Assembly: GCA_027001995.1 (NCBI GenBank)
Contig: JALTLO010000050.1
Location: 1 to 17,695, forward strand
Length of the DNA stretch: 17,695 nt
Direction of reading: 5' to 3'
From: Planctomycetota bacterium
GTDB taxonomy: Bacteria > Planctomycetota > GCA-002687715 > DRQF01
Part shown: in pieces, positions 1 through 9,146 of the stretch
Layout of the letters: each line of letters opens with the position of its first letter
Position numbering within the stretch: the first letter of the stretch is position 1
Made by a program: the position numbers and the translations under genes
Notes under the pieces: model-generated
Database searches by the model: none
Seen by the model: the letters and a program-made list of their open reading frames with translations, nothing else
What the model was told of the DNA's origin: nothing

Positions 1-15
1 GTAAATAGGAGGGAA

Positions 16-43
16 TTGCGCTTCTTGCCAACACTGCTAAAGT
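16..43 (+). promoter_or_regulatory. Possible sigma70-type promoter for the pilM-like gene
   Basis: TTGCGC (16-21), 16-nt spacer, TAAAGT (38-43). A purine-rich SD-like AAGAGG (70-75) precedes the ATG at 86. Consensus match only. Confidence 0.25.
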
Positions 44-85
44 AAGCGCGTTCTAATTCCTTGAAGCAAAAGAGGTTCTGAATAA

Positions 86-1948
86 ATGGCTCGAGCAACG
101 GGCGTTCAGGTGACCGGCAACACAATTCGCGTTGTGGATGTCGAAGGCACCCCCAAGAAATATAAAGTGCGTGGGTTTGGTGAAGCATCATTCGAAGCCC
201 CCGGTGTAGACTCAGATGCCACCTTGGTGAAAGCTCTCCGTGACGCCTTCAAAAGCGCCAAAGCCAGTAAAGAGCATGTCATTTTGGGCGTTCCGGTCCG
301 TGATTGCATAATCCGCGAGATCACCGTCCCATTCACCGACCCAGAACAGATTAAGAAGGTGATCAAGTTTGAAAGTGAATCCCACTTGCACTCTTGTTCC
401 ATTGACGAAGTCGTCATCTGCTTTTTGAAAGTCGCGGAGATTGGCAATCGAAGTACTTTGATTGTTATTGCCGCCAAGAAAGACAAAATCCGTGCGATCC
501 TCGCCGCATTAGAAAAAATCGGCGTTGATCCCTTGGCCGTGGACTTGGATGCAGCGGGCCTTTTTGGTGCCAGCAAGATTATTCCCGAAGTCGCAGCAAC
601 AAATTCTTTCGTTATCTGCGACATCGGTTACTCCTCCACCATGGTGACTCTGATCCACGAAGGTGAGCTACGCATCATTCGTTCGATTCGAATGGGCACC
701 GAGTCCATCACGTCTCGGGTCTCTATGGACTTGGACATAGATCGCCAAGAAGCTCACACCAGAACGCAGGCCATCCTTCAACAAGACATCACCCTTGATG
801 AAGATCTCATGGTACGTGCCAGCGACATCGAAGATGATGACAACGAAACGGCCAAATCTTCTGTCGAACTCGAACGCGATATCGTCCGTCAGCGGCAGGC
901 AGAATTACTTTCGCGCCTGCACCAAGAAATCTATCGCAGCATCAACCCCGCGAAGTTGGAAGAGCCTCTCGATTGCATCTTCCTGACGGGACCTGGCTCG
1001 AGTTTGCCACGAATCAACTCTGAGCTGGCCGAATCGATGCAGGTGCCGGTGAAGACCCTCGACGTCATGAGCGAGGCAGATCACAAATTCTCAAGCACAG
1101 AGTTGCCGACCGTCAATTCTGCCGCTGCAATCGGCATCGGGTTGTCGATGAAACAACTGGGGTTAGATCCCTTATCCCTCGACTTTCGGCAAGAAGAGTT
1201 CGTATTCTCAAAGCGTTTCGATCGCCTCAAGGTACCCCTGTTTTGTTTGGTTCTTCTTCTGGCCGCTCTCAATACTTTTGCCTTCATTCTCCTAGAGACC
1301 ATTGACCGAGCCGAAGATGCCAAACTGAGACGGGCCGCGAATGCTGCGGCCAATATCTTCAAGCAGGTAGCAAGCCCCAAGGAAATTCGCACCAAACAAT
1401 TGCGCTATGTGCCTTACGAAACCGCTGAGTTGAAAAAACTCTTCAAAGGCGCAAGCGCCGACAGCAAGGAACCTTTCGACCGCATCACCTACATTGATCG
1501 CTCTCTTAAGAAGATGCACAAGAAGCTACGCAAGGCTTACAGCTTGGGCAGCACATCATCGACGCGAAAACGTAGTAAGTCGAAGAAAAAAGGCAAGAAG
1601 CGGAATGTGATGGACGACCCCTCCGACTACAAGTCGGGCCTCGACCGTCTGGAGACTGTAGTTCAATGTTGGAAGAAAGTCGGGGTCAAAGAGTTCTCCA
1701 TTGACCGCATGAAGGCATCTCCGAGCAAGGTTGAATTCGGGCTCACGATTCCCAAGGAAATCGAAATCGACGGCAAGATTCTGGGTTTCCAAGAACTCAT
1801 CGCCAAGTTCCAAGACAACTTAGAGGCGCTGCCAAAAGACGTTCAATATGTCGACTTGGATGGCCGTGGATACGAAACCCATAAAGTGAAAACCGACTTT
1901 GTGGTCTACAAGACCCTCATCATCAACTTTGAGAAAGAAGACACATAA
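86..1948 (+). CDS. pilM: Type IV pilus/T2SS assembly platform protein: PilM-like actin-fold domain fused to a TM helix and a periplasmic PilN-like region (GspL-like architecture)
   Basis: The N-terminal ~360 aa carry PilM/FtsA hallmarks: 'IIREITVPFTDPEQIKKVIKFESESHL', 'VICDIGYSST', 'IFLTGPGSSLPRI', 'AIGIGLSMK'. These are followed by 'LDFRQEEF', a hydrophobic helix (VPLFCLVLLLAALNTFAFILL) and a ~215-aa C-terminal region. Confidence 0.8.
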   Translation: MARATGVQVTGNTIRVVDVEGTPKKYKVRGFGEASFEAPGVDSDATLVKALRDAFKSAKASKEHVILGVPVRDCIIREITVPFTDPEQIKKVIKFESESHLHSCSIDEVVICFLKVAEIGNRSTLIVIAAKKDKIRAILAALEKIGVDPLAVDLDAAGLFGASKIIPEVAATNSFVICDIGYSSTMVTLIHEGELRIIRSIRMGTESITSRVSMDLDIDRQEAHTRTQAILQQDITLDEDLMVRASDIEDDDNETAKSSVELERDIVRQRQAELLSRLHQEIYRSINPAKLEEPLDCIFLTGPGSSLPRINSELAESMQVPVKTLDVMSEADHKFSSTELPTVNSAAAIGIGLSMKQLGLDPLSLDFRQEEFVFSKRFDRLKVPLFCLVLLLAALNTFAFILLETIDRAEDAKLRRAANAAANIFKQVASPKEIRTKQLRYVPYETAELKKLFKGASADSKEPFDRITYIDRSLKKMHKKLRKAYSLGSTSSTRKRSKSKKKGKKRNVMDDPSDYKSGLDRLETVVQCWKKVGVKEFSIDRMKASPSKVEFGLTIPKEIEIDGKILGFQELIAKFQDNLEALPKDVQYVDLDGRGYETHKVKTDFVVYKTLIINFEKEDT

Positions 1949-2478
1949 TGAGTACGAGCATTCTAAAAGTTGTGTTGTTCCTATTACTTGTCGGCAACAT
2001 CGGATACATGGGTTACCAAGTCTACTATTACTACAACGACATTGGGGCCGTCCAAGAGCAAGTCGAAGAATCCGTTGATCGTTTAGCGAAGATCAAGAAA
2101 AGCCAACTGAGCTACAAGCGAGACTTGGGCAACATCGTACGCAATGAGTTGGTCACAGTTGATAACGTTCGCGTGGCATTATCTCGCCACGCTGCCGCCT
2201 TGGGAATTCGGGACGATCGAGACGAAATCGCTATCCCCATCAAACCCAACGTCGACAAGGGCCGCGTCTACGATCAAAATCTATGGAAACTCACGTTCGA
2301 TCGTAAGAAGAAATATAAAGCCCGAATACTGGCTCAATTCTGCCGAAACATCGAACGGGACTTGCCAGGATATCAAGTCAAGGTCTTTGACATCGGCCAA
2401 CGGTCAGACTCTTGGGGTGAAGACTCATGGTCTCCCAAGGAAATCACCGTCCGTCGATTTAATCGTCGGGAAAAGTAA
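1948..2478 (+). CDS. Bitopic membrane protein, probable PilO/GspM-like partner
   Basis: The start overlaps the upstream stop (TAATG, 1946-1950). N-terminal TM helix, then a coiled-coil-like segment and a ~90-aa alpha/beta C-terminal domain. The function is inferred from position and topology. Confidence 0.55.
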   Translation: MSTSILKVVLFLLLVGNIGYMGYQVYYYYNDIGAVQEQVEESVDRLAKIKKSQLSYKRDLGNIVRNELVTVDNVRVALSRHAAALGIRDDRDEIAIPIKPNVDKGRVYDQNLWKLTFDRKKKYKARILAQFCRNIERDLPGYQVKVFDIGQRSDSWGEDSWSPKEITVRRFNRREK

Positions 2479-2511
2479 GCGTCAAACTCTCGAAAAAGGC
2501 GCAGAGACCAA

Positions 2512-5500
2512 TCAGGTAACAGTTCCTGCGGTGTACTCTTGAACGCTTGCCACCCGAATACCTCGTCCCTTTTTGGCCGCGATAGCTGAGATAATAGCGT
2601 CTGCTGCAGCCAAGGTCGTGATACAGGAGACACCTCGGGTTACGGTGAGCTGACGAATCTTCGTCTCGTCAAATCTTGGCCCAACTCCGGAAGGCGTGTT
2701 GATAACCAGATGGACCTCATCATTCTTGAGGTGATCCGTGATATTGGGGCGCCCTTCAGCAATCTTCTTCACGACTGAGTTCTCAATACCGTTTCGGGTC
2801 AGCATTTTGGCTGTGCCCTTGGTAGCAATGATCTTGAATCCTAAGCCCAGGAGTTGCCTTGCCAAGGGGACCACTTCTCGTTTATCGCCATCCTTCACCG
2901 AGATGAAGACACATCCCTCTAAAGGCAAGAGATTCCCGGTGGCTTCATAAGCCTTGCCGAACGCTGATCCCAAGTCGAAATCGATTCCTAAGGATTCTCC
3001 AGTGGATCGCATTTCTGGGGTCAGAATAATGTCTGTTCCGCTGAACTTATTAAAAGGGAAAACGGGGTGTTTCACGGCCATGTGCTCTGGAACGACCTCT
3101 TCAGTAAAACCGAGAGATTCCAAAGTGCGCCCGCCCATGACGCGGGCACCAATTTGAGCCAAGGGGATGCCGATAGCTTTGCTGACAAAGGGAACAGTTC
3201 GTGAAGCCCGAGGATTCACTTCAATGATGTAGACTTCTGTCCCTTTGACCGCCCATTGAATATTCATTAAGCCCCGCACATCCAAGCGCTTCGCCAGAGC
3301 TTTCGTCAATTCTGACAATTCAGCAATAATCGCATCTGAAAGGGTGTGTGGCGGTAACACGCAAGCGCTGTCGCCGCTGTGAATACCAGCCTCCTCAAGC
3401 TGCTCCATGATGCCGCCGATGACGCAACGCTCTCCATCAGCAATGGCGTCAACATCCACTTCAATGGCGTGTTCCAAGAATTTATCCACCAAGACAGGAT
3501 GAGCAGGAGAGACTTTCACCGCCTCATTCATATACTCTTCGAGTTCAGAGTCGGTATAGACAATGCGCATGGCCCGGCCACCCAAGACATAGCTGGGTCG
3601 CACCAAAACTGGGTAGCCGATTCTTTGAGCAATTTCGAAGGCCACTTCTTTCGTCATGGCAACATCATTGGCCGGTTGCCGGATGCCCAATTCATCGACG
3701 ATATCTTTGAAACGTTCCCGGTCTTCCGCCAAGTCGATGCTTTCAGGGCTTGTTCCGATGATAGGAACCCCCGCTGCTTCAAGTCTCTTTGCCAAACCCA
3801 ATGGTGTTTGACCGCCCAACTGGACGATCACCCCATCTGGCTTTTCGTTTTCGCAGATGTTGAGCACATCCTCGAAAGTCAGTGGTTCGAAATAAAGACG
3901 GTCAGAAGTGTCGTAGTCAGTGGAAACGGTTTCCGGATTGCAGTTGACCATGATCGTCTCATAGCCGTCTTTCTTCAGACCATAAGCTGCGTGGACACAG
4001 CAATAGTCAAATTCGATTCCTTGGCCAATTCGGTTAGGGCCGGACCCGAGGATGATGATTTTCTTAGCCGTCGTTGGCCGGGACTCATCTTCCGTTTCAT
4101 AGGTTGAGTAGTAATAGGGCGTGTAGGCTTCGAATTCCCCAGCGCAAGTATCAACCAAACGATAGACCGGTTTGATGCCTAAGTTCAGGCGAACCGAGCG
4201 GACTTCAGACTCGGGGACAGAAAAGAGTCGTCCCAATTGCGCATCCGCAAAGCCATAGCGTTTCGCCTCGGCGAGAATCAACTTAGGCACTTCAGCCAAA
4301 GTCGCATATTCACCGAGGTGATCCTCCATCCCAACGATCTCAAAGAAATTGCGGATGTACCAAGGATCAATACAAGTCAATTCATGGATTTCTTCAGCTG
4401 TGAAACCATCTTTGATCGCATAGCGCAACCAATCGATACGCTCGTCGTGAGGCCGGCACAGGTTCTCTTGGATTTCTTCGCGGCTAGGACGATTGCCGCT
4501 AAGCCATAAATCGTCCGCACTGAGGCCGAAACCATCACGGCCCCTCTCCATGGAGCGGAGGGCTTTCTGCATGGACTCTTTGAACGTGCGCCCAATTGCC
4601 ATCACCTCCCCAACAGCTTTCATTTGAGTGGTCAAAGTCGTGTCTGATTCTGGGAATTTTTCAAATGCGAATTTGGGAATCTTGACCACGCAATAATCAA
4701 TGCTGGGTTCAAAGCAAGCCGGAGTTTCCCGGGTGATGTCGTTCTGGAGCTCATCGAGGGTATAGCCCACAGCAAGTTTGGCAGCGATCTTCGCGATAGG
4801 AAAACCCGTGGCCTTACTGGCTAATGCTGATGAGCGGGAGACCCGGGGATTCATCTCGATCACAATCACACGACCGGTCTTGGGATCAACAGCAAATTGA
4901 ATGTTCGAACCACCGGTCTCAACGCCAATAGCTCGAATAATTGCTAAGGATGCATCCCGCAGTCGTTGATACTCTTTGTCAGTGAGTGTTTGAGCTGGGG
5001 CGACGGTGATACTATCCCCTGTGTGAACCCCCATGGGATCAATATTCTCGATGCTACAGACGATGACCACATTGTCTTTGTGGTCACGCATGACTTCGAG
5101 TTCATATTCCTTCCAACCGAAGATAGACTCTTCAACCAAGATCTCAGAAACCATGGAGAGGTCTAAACCTCGAGTGGCGATTTCGACAAATTCGTCATTG
5201 TTGTAGGCGATGCCACCGCCACTCCCACCCAAAGTGAATGCCGGACGAATCACACAGGGCAGACCTATCTCTTCTTTTACTTTGATGGCTTCTTCAATGG
5301 TGTAAGCCAAACCACTCTTGGCCGATTCCTGGCCAATCTCATCCATGATGGCCTTAAAAGCGCTGCGATCTTCGGCTTTGTGAATGACCTCTTCACTGGC
5401 TCCAATCAACTCAACGCCGTACTTCTCAAGGACACCCCGCTTGGACAACTCGAACACCAAGTTGAGCCCGGTTTGTCCTCCCAAGGTGGGGAGAATGGCA

Positions 5501-5751
5501 TCGGGCTTCTCACGCTTGATGATCTCTTCCAAAAATTCCGGGGTCAATGGCTCCAAGTAGGTGCGGTCAGCCAAATCAGGATCAGTCATAATGGTGGCCG
5601 GATTGGAGTTGGCAAGAATTGTGCGATAGCCTTCTTCTCGCAAGGCCTTCAAACCTTGGGTACCAGAGTAATCAAACTCACAAGCCTGACCGATTATGAT
5701 TGGGCCGGAACCGATAACTAAAATCGATTCAATGTCCTCGCGCTTGGGCAT
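2512..5751 (-). CDS. carB: Carbamoyl-phosphate synthase large subunit
   Basis: 1079 aa with canonical motifs: [85 protein letters not shown], and a C-terminal MGS-like domain. SD AAGGA at 5761-5757. Confidence 0.99.
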   Translation of the reverse strand: MPKREDIESILVIGSGPIIIGQACEFDYSGTQGLKALREEGYRTILANSNPATIMTDPDLADRTYLEPLTPEFLEEIIKREKPDAILPTLGGQTGLNLVFELSKRGVLEKYGVELIGASEEVIHKAEDRSAFKAIMDEIGQESAKSGLAYTIEEAIKVKEEIGLPCVIRPAFTLGGSGGGIAYNNDEFVEIATRGLDLSMVSEILVEESIFGWKEYELEVMRDHKDNVVIVCSIENIDPMGVHTGDSITVAPAQTLTDKEYQRLRDASLAIIRAIGVETGGSNIQFAVDPKTGRVIVIEMNPRVSRSSALASKATGFPIAKIAAKLAVGYTLDELQNDITRETPACFEPSIDYCVVKIPKFAFEKFPESDTTLTTQMKAVGEVMAIGRTFKESMQKALRSMERGRDGFGLSADDLWLSGNRPSREEIQENLCRPHDERIDWLRYAIKDGFTAEEIHELTCIDPWYIRNFFEIVGMEDHLGEYATLAEVPKLILAEAKRYGFADAQLGRLFSVPESEVRSVRLNLGIKPVYRLVDTCAGEFEAYTPYYYSTYETEDESRPTTAKKIIILGSGPNRIGQGIEFDYCCVHAAYGLKKDGYETIMVNCNPETVSTDYDTSDRLYFEPLTFEDVLNICENEKPDGVIVQLGGQTPLGLAKRLEAAGVPIIGTSPESIDLAEDRERFKDIVDELGIRQPANDVAMTKEVAFEIAQRIGYPVLVRPSYVLGGRAMRIVYTDSELEEYMNEAVKVSPAHPVLVDKFLEHAIEVDVDAIADGERCVIGGIMEQLEEAGIHSGDSACVLPPHTLSDAIIAELSELTKALAKRLDVRGLMNIQWAVKGTEVYIIEVNPRASRTVPFVSKAIGIPLAQIGARVMGGRTLESLGFTEEVVPEHMAVKHPVFPFNKFSGTDIILTPEMRSTGESLGIDFDLGSAFGKAYEATGNLLPLEGCVFISVKDGDKREVVPLARQLLGLGFKIIATKGTAKMLTRNGIENSVVKKIAEGRPNITDHLKNDEVHLVINTPSGVGPRFDETKIRQLTVTRGVSCITTLAAADAIISAIAAKKGRGIRVASVQEYTAGTVT

Positions 5752-5997
5752 CTTTATCCTTCACTGGGCCGCGATCCACGTAAAGCTGTCGGATTGGGAT
5801 CTTGAACTCAAAAACCAAAATCCTGTGGATGGACCCCAGCGGCGGCCAGCCTGGGACCCAGACAAGAGAACAAAGTTGAGGGCCTGTAGCAAGCCCCTGG
5901 ATGCTTTGTGACAATCTGGAAAGCGAGTACTTTCAAATTCGATGAAACAAGCACAAACTAACTAAGCCCAAGGACAAACGACGAAATCGAGAGAAGC

Positions 5998-7890
5998 ATG
6001 ACCGCAATTTCCAGCGTACTCTTAGAACGATTCGACGAATCACCCATGGAGGAGCTCTTGGTGGGTAACAAAGCCTGCGCTCGGCCTTCCTGGAAGGCCC
6101 AAGAGGTCAGCTTAGCCACCCGTCAGATCGCCGCTGGACTCATCCAGCTCCATGTCCCCCAAGGAAGCCACATCGGCCTCATCGCAGACAATTGTGACCA
6201 CTGGCTAATTTCCGATCTTGGAAGCCTTCACTGCGGTTTGGTGAATGTCCCAAGGGCCAAAGACACCTCAACAGAAGAAATTGGCTTCGTCTTAGAACAC
6301 AGTGGATGCACAGCCACATTCTTGGAAGACCCAACCCTATTGGAGAGAATTCGCGAGCAATTGGCAGAATTATCAAATTTGAGCCTTATCATTTTGATGA
6401 AAGGGGAGTGTCCAGATCTGGGTATCCCCGGCAAGACGATCATGAACCTGCAAGGCCTCATGGATTTGGGCAAAGCTGCGGAAATTGAAACCCCCGGCCT
6501 TGGAGACAGCCGCCAGGGATCCGTTCAGGACGGGGACTTAGCCACAATCGTCTACACCTCAGGGACCACCGGTAACCCCAAAGGGGTACGCCTCACCCAT
6601 GGCAACATCCTCCACAACATCCGCACCATCCCCCAGGTCCTGGATTTGGTGGCCGGTGACCGCTATCTGAGCTTTCTTCCTACATGGCACTCTTTCGAGC
6701 GGGCCATGGAGTATTGTCTCCTTAACTCGGGTACTACAATTTACTACTCTTCAAAATCACGACTTCGCAAAGACATGCCCCGGGTCAAACCAACAATCCT
6801 GGCAGGTGTGCCAAGGCTCTGGGAGTCTCTGGCTTCATCTGTTCTGGGCTCGGTAGAGAAATTGCCCACCGGAAAGAAAAAGCTCATCCAATTTCTGCTC
6901 AAGGGTAGTGAAAAGTGTGTTCACGCAAGAAGGCTTATTGGCGGCCAAATGGTGAACGACCGCAACGGCATCTGCAAGGCCAAAGGGCTGGGCACACTCA
7001 GCGCTCAGTTGAGCTCCATCATCTGGGCCCCCTGCCACATGCTAGCAGATCGTCTGGTTTACTCGAAACTGCGCACAGCCTTAGGAGGCGCTGTCCGTTT
7101 CATCGTGAGCGGCGGAGGAGCCTTGCAGGCACACGTAGACGAGTTTTTCAACAGAGCCGGGATTTGCCTACTCAACGGCTACGGTCTCACCGAGACAGCT
7201 CCGGTCATTTCCATTCGGACCCCCCAAGACAATGTCCTCACCACCGCCGGCAAGAAGCTACCAGAAACGACTTGGCGCATTCGGAACGAAGAAAACACAG
7301 AGACCTTAGACCAAGGACAAAAAGGAGTTCTCTGGGTCCAAGGGCCCCAAGTGATGGACGGCTATCACAGAAATCCCGATGCCACGAAAATGGTTCTGGC
7401 AGATGGGTGGTTTTGTACTGGCGATGTGGCATCCCTGACCGATCACGATCAGGTGCTCATTCAAGGACGAGCCAAAGACACCATCGTCCTCAGAGGAGGA
7501 GAAAACGTCGAGCCTGCCTTGATTGAAGCCCCCATTGCCAAGATCCCCTACGTTCATGACGTCTTGGTTGTGGGACACGGGGAGAAGCACCTATCAGCGC
7601 TCATCATTCCCGAACTTGAAACCCTCCAAGCCCGTTTCCCGGATCTCCCAGCGGGAAACCTCAAAGAAATAGCCCAAGACCCCCGCGTGTCCGAAACCAT
7701 CCACCAGTCCATCAAAGACGCCTTGGCAAGAAGTGCTGGATTCCAAGCTTTTCAACAAGTGCCCAAAATCGCCCTATTAGACCGTCTGTTCTCAGTTGAG
7801 GATGGCACTTTGACCCTGACCATGAAGAAAAAGCGGCCCCAAATTGAGAGCATCCACGCTGATACCATTGCACAATTCTATCAGGATTGA
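5998..7890 (+). CDS. Long-chain fatty acid-CoA/ACP ligase (ANL adenylate-forming family)
   Basis: AMP-binding motifs YTSGTTGNPKG, GYGLTET, WFCTGD and GRAKDTIVLRGGENVEP, plus the C-terminal LTLTMKKKR lysine motif. Confidence 0.92.
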   Translation: MTAISSVLLERFDESPMEELLVGNKACARPSWKAQEVSLATRQIAAGLIQLHVPQGSHIGLIADNCDHWLISDLGSLHCGLVNVPRAKDTSTEEIGFVLEHSGCTATFLEDPTLLERIREQLAELSNLSLIILMKGECPDLGIPGKTIMNLQGLMDLGKAAEIETPGLGDSRQGSVQDGDLATIVYTSGTTGNPKGVRLTHGNILHNIRTIPQVLDLVAGDRYLSFLPTWHSFERAMEYCLLNSGTTIYYSSKSRLRKDMPRVKPTILAGVPRLWESLASSVLGSVEKLPTGKKKLIQFLLKGSEKCVHARRLIGGQMVNDRNGICKAKGLGTLSAQLSSIIWAPCHMLADRLVYSKLRTALGGAVRFIVSGGGALQAHVDEFFNRAGICLLNGYGLTETAPVISIRTPQDNVLTTAGKKLPETTWRIRNEENTETLDQGQKGVLWVQGPQVMDGYHRNPDATKMVLADGWFCTGDVASLTDHDQVLIQGRAKDTIVLRGGENVEPALIEAPIAKIPYVHDVLVVGHGEKHLSALIIPELETLQARFPDLPAGNLKEIAQDPRVSETIHQSIKDALARSAGFQAFQQVPKIALLDRLFSVEDGTLTLTMKKKRPQIESIHADTIAQFYQD

Positions 7891-7911
7891 CCTGCGAAGC
7901 TCCCAGGCCAG

Positions 7912-7938
7912 CCCATGGGCAAAATACCTGCCCATGGG
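7912..7938 (+). terminator. GC-rich hairpin 21 nt after the ligase stop; possible terminator or transcript-stabilising stem
   Basis: Perfect 10-bp stem CCCATGGGCA (7912-7921) / TGCCCATGGG (7929-7938) with a 7-nt loop. No U-tract follows, so it is not a canonical intrinsic terminator. Confidence 0.35.
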
Positions 7939-7959
7939 AGCCCGCGACAATCAGGGATT

Positions 7960-7986
7960 TTGCCACCACCGAAGTCATGTCATAAT
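7960..7986 (+). promoter_or_regulatory. Probable sigma70-type promoter (extended -10) for nadA
   Basis: TTGCCA (7960-7965) and TG-T-CATAAT (7978-7986), about 70 nt before the nadA ATG. The -35/-10 spacer is short (15 nt), which the TG extension could offset. Confidence 0.45.
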
Positions 7987-8054
7987 CTCTTGCAGAGCCA
8001 TTCTTTTTTTCTTCGCCCACGAACGGGGCAAGAAAGCTCACAAAGGAGCCATTC

Positions 8055-9146
8055 ATGGCCACCCAAGTCGAATTGAGCCCGGAATACACGAATACCCAGC
8101 CTGACGAGGTATTGGAACGCATCGCAGCGGTACGCCAACGGTTAGGCGACCGCTTAGTCATCTTGGGGCATCACTACCAATGCGATGACGTGGTCAGATT
8201 CGCTGATTTCACTGGGGATTCCTTCAAATTAGCGCGCTTAGCCACAGAAAGACCGAAAGCAGAATTCATCGTCTTTTGCGGCGTTCATTTCATGGCTGAA
8301 TCCGCCGACATCCTGACCCCAGATTCTCAGAAGATCATCCTGCCAGACTTGGGCGCTGGCTGTTCTATGGCGGATATGGCCACCATGGGACAAACCGAAG
8401 AAGCATGGAATGTCCTCACTGAGATTCATGGCCCAGAGAGCTATCTACCTATCACCTACATGAATTCCTCCGCTGCCATCAAAGCTTTCGTTGGCAAGAA
8501 CGGCGGCGTGGTCTGCACCTCATCCAACGCGACAACAGTCTACGATTGGGCCCTCAAACAAGATAAGAGAATCATCTTCCTCCCGGACCAACATTTGGGA
8601 CGCAATGTGGGATTCGAAATGGGTATTCCCTTGGAAGACATGATCCTATGGGACCCGTTCAAGATCGCCGCTGACAATTTAGCCACCGGTGTGAGCGATG
8701 CCCGTGTTGTGCTGTGGAAGGGACACTGCAGCGTCCATGAACGCTTCTTGGTGGAGCACATCGACCAACTCCGCAAGGAGCAACCTGACGTTCAGATCAT
8801 TTCCCATCCTGAATGCACCTTTGATGTCATCCAGAAGTCGGATTTCTCAGGCTCCACCGAGAAAATAATCAAAACGATCGAGGCATCGAAGCCCGGAAGT
8901 AAATGGGCTGTTGGCACGGAGATCAACTTGGTTCATCGTTTGGCCCAACAAAATCCAGACAAGGAAATTACCAGCCTCAGTGGTATCTCCTGTTTATGCG
9001 CGACGATGTATCGCATTGACCCTCCTCATCTGCTTTGGGCTTTGGAGAACTTGGAAGCGGGAAACATTGTCAATCAGATCAGTGTCGACCCCGAAACGTC
9101 GCAATGGGCCAAAATCGCATTGGATCGCATGCTGAGCTTAGCTTGA
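8055..9146 (+). CDS. nadA: Quinolinate synthase A ([4Fe-4S])
   Basis: LVILGHHYQ, FTGDSFKLA, FCGVHFMAESADIL, TYMNSSAAIKA, VCTSSNA and HPEC. The three cluster cysteines are in GCSMADM, GHCSVH and LCATMYRI. SD AAGGAG. Confidence 0.98.
   Translation: MATQVELSPEYTNTQPDEVLERIAAVRQRLGDRLVILGHHYQCDDVVRFADFTGDSFKLARLATERPKAEFIVFCGVHFMAESADILTPDSQKIILPDLGAGCSMADMATMGQTEEAWNVLTEIHGPESYLPITYMNSSAAIKAFVGKNGGVVCTSSNATTVYDWALKQDKRIIFLPDQHLGRNVGFEMGIPLEDMILWDPFKIAADNLATGVSDARVVLWKGHCSVHERFLVEHIDQLRKEQPDVQIISHPECTFDVIQKSDFSGSTEKIIKTIEASKPGSKWAVGTEINLVHRLAQQNPDKEITSLSGISCLCATMYRIDPPHLLWALENLEAGNIVNQISVDPETSQWAKIALDRMLSLA

Noticed and set aside
3379..4107. 242-aa plus-strand ORF
   Set aside because: It is antisense to the highly conserved carB, has no recognisable motifs and is a typical shadow ORF.
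2512..5751. carB without an adjacent carA as a novelty
   Set aside because: Split carA/carB loci are common in many phyla, and the protein is canonical.
6915..7526. 203-aa Arg/Ser-rich alternative-frame ORF
   Set aside because: It lies inside the acyl ligase gene and has the composition of an off-frame translation.
8001..8035. Intrinsic terminator at the T-run and hairpin before nadA
   Set aside because: The T-run precedes the stem on the plus strand and forms part of it, so neither strand has a hairpin followed by a U-tract.
7891..8054. Known NAD+-I (nadA motif) riboswitch
   Set aside because: I do not see the conserved ACAACC-type internal-loop sequence or the tandem architecture. An Rfam scan would settle it.
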